The notes under the pieces are model-generated. The model was not told the DNA's origin, did no database searches, and was given only the letters and a program-made list of their open reading frames with translations. 64,000 bases of DNA from Sphyrna mokarran. Taxonomy: Eukaryota. Shown piece by piece: positions 62,301 through 64,000 of the stretch. The position numbers and the translations under genes were made by a program. Location of the stretch: the NCBI GenBank assembly GCA_024679065.1, contig JAGIQG010000002.1:121024001-121088000 (forward strand), given 5' to 3'. Numbering within the stretch: position 1 is the first letter of the stretch; every line of letters starts with the position of its first letter.

Positions 62301-62860
62301 AGTCTGATATGTGGCACTTTATCAAAAACTTCTTTGAAAGTTCGGGTACCACAACCAACCACATTATCCTCATAAGCCTTTACTGTGACTTCATCAAATA
62401 ACTCAAAATGGTAAAACACGATTTGCCCTTCACAAATCCATGTAACACTCCTTAATTAATCCACTTTTGTCCGAGTAAGATAATTTTGTTCCAGATTATC
62501 ATTTCTAAAAGCTTTGCCACACAGTTGTTAAACTGTGACCTGTAATTGTTCAGATTATCTTTACTCCCTTGTTTGAAGAAGGTTGTGATATTTGCAATTT
62601 TCCAGTCCTCTGCAGTCCCTTTATGTGAGGAAGATGGGAAGATCAAGGTTAGTAACATCAATTTCTGATTGGGTCTGATTTGGGTACTTAAAACAAACTT
62701 TTAAGTACAGCCAGTCTTTCTAATATCTTTCGTTTATTGTATTGGCTGCTCTACTGTCTCCTGTTTCACTATAACTTGAGTAGCAGACTTGTTTTCCTTG
62801 GTAGAGAAAGTACATAGTCGGTCGTCTCCCTTCCTTCAGATGCATAGCATCTGGTTCCTA
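62300..62860 (-). mobile_element. CR1 RT fragment
   Basis: ORF 62452-62661 EDWKIANITTFFKQGSKDNLNNYR...KLLEMII. Confidence 0.8.
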
Positions 62861-62879
62861 ATCGCAATCTTTTTTTACA

Positions 62880-63230
62880 CCCAAATTCTGCTCAACCAAT
62901 AACCCTGTGCTCTTCTAAAAAAACAGTCGCTCCATGTCTTTGCCCTCCGTGTTTTTGTAATCTACCCCAGCTCTACAAACCCCTGGGGTGTGCCTGCAGT
63001 TTCCTGCGGCTCAAATCTGGATCTCCCTTCTTAAATTCCCCACCTCCCAAAGCCTTTCTTCTCCCCGGGAGACTCCTTTAAAACTCATATTTCTGGCCAA
63101 GCAGCTGGCAATCTGCCTCCATATCTCTTTATGTGGTAGGCTGTCAAATATTCTTTGCTCATTGCTCCCATGAAGCATCTTAGATCATTGTACTATTTTA
63201 AAAGTGCTATATAAATGCAATTTTTTGCCG
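62880..63230 (+). mobile_element. L2 LINE 3' remnant
   Basis: Tail TGAAGCATCTTAGATCATTGTACTATTTTAAAAGTGCTATATAAATGCAA; parallels 26020-26435. Confidence 0.6.
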
Positions 63231-64000
63231 TTACGGAACGTAATCGTATATAAATGAGCAGGAGAGTTGGGGTGTTTAATCCGATTTGTTTCCAGACTAA
63301 TATTCTAACTAAGCTTCCCATTTAAAATTAAAATATAAATACAGTGCAGTATATTTGTCCAAATGCTGCCCAACGCTATGTGGTTTAAATTGCTGTATTG
63401 CGTTTGAATGCAGCGCGAAAATATGTTTTTCTTCTAAAATCTGATAAATTTTGACGCATATTTCACCATCTGTTTTTTGTTACGTGTGTATTTTGGTGGG
63501 GAGGGGGAGGGGAAGGGGAAGACAAGTCTATTCTGGAACTGTCTGGAGGACTTATGGTCTTCCTGCTTCTGATCTCCTCCCCCGACAAAGGTCAAAGTGG
63601 GTTGGGGGTAGGGGAGAGGGGGCAGCCAGCCCACTCAGACTTGGGGAGTGAGCAGCACAAAGCTCGGATGTCCCAGACACCCTTCTCCCACGTTACCAAC
63701 TGGATGAGATTCCGAGACGTGTCAATCCCTGTGAATCGTTTCCAAAGGGCGGCCAGGCACGCCCATATTCCACCGTTGCCAGAAACAACACCATCTCAGA
63801 ATCTGAAGCTCCCGGTATCATAATTTTAACATAACGTTTTAACATTATCATAATAGTATTCTATCAAAGATAGCCTGCAGGTTCAAGGCGATGTGGAGGT
63901 GAGGGCTAGGGGGAAATTACAATATTAAGCAGAACTGGAGAAAGATACAGCCACCGGGATTGCTTCTAAACGCATTATTGCGCATAGCCAGTGGAACATC

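Overview
Vertebrate genomic DNA, almost certainly a shark (inferred from HE1/V-SINE, Deu-domain SINE and HER1-type CR1 repeats), not prokaryotic. The only well-supported protein-coding gene is the single-exon SoxC transcription factor SOX4 (52870-54006, +). It has a CCAAT/GC/TATA promoter (~52320-52640) and a ~2 kb 3' UTR rich in miRNA seed sites, ending at AATAAA 55983-55988. The 48 kb upstream is a gene desert made of decayed CR1 LINEs, several SINE families, Harbinger-like MITEs, Rex1/Babar, Vingi-like and L2 fragments, interleaved with unique CNE/enhancer-like blocks. From ~48 to ~61 kb the sequence is TE-poor and keeps its CpGs. The most unusual observation is a chimeric CR1 LINE, present in two diverged copies, whose 3' UTR carries a whole decayed V-SINE; one copy is bounded by a 6-bp TSD. 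Other notable items are a G-rich minisatellite that seems derived from the SOX4 promoter edge, a 51-bp indel-free repeat and TGTTTA cluster downstream of SOX4, a Penelope-associated minimal hammerhead ribozyme, an inverted TCF/LEF pair in a CpG island 9 kb upstream, a cluster of overlapping palindromes, and an exact 441-bp tandem duplication. Repeat family names come from recalled consensus similarity, not database searches. Most repeat boundaries are approximate (about +/-20-50 bp). I could not support any larger undescribed multi-gene system.
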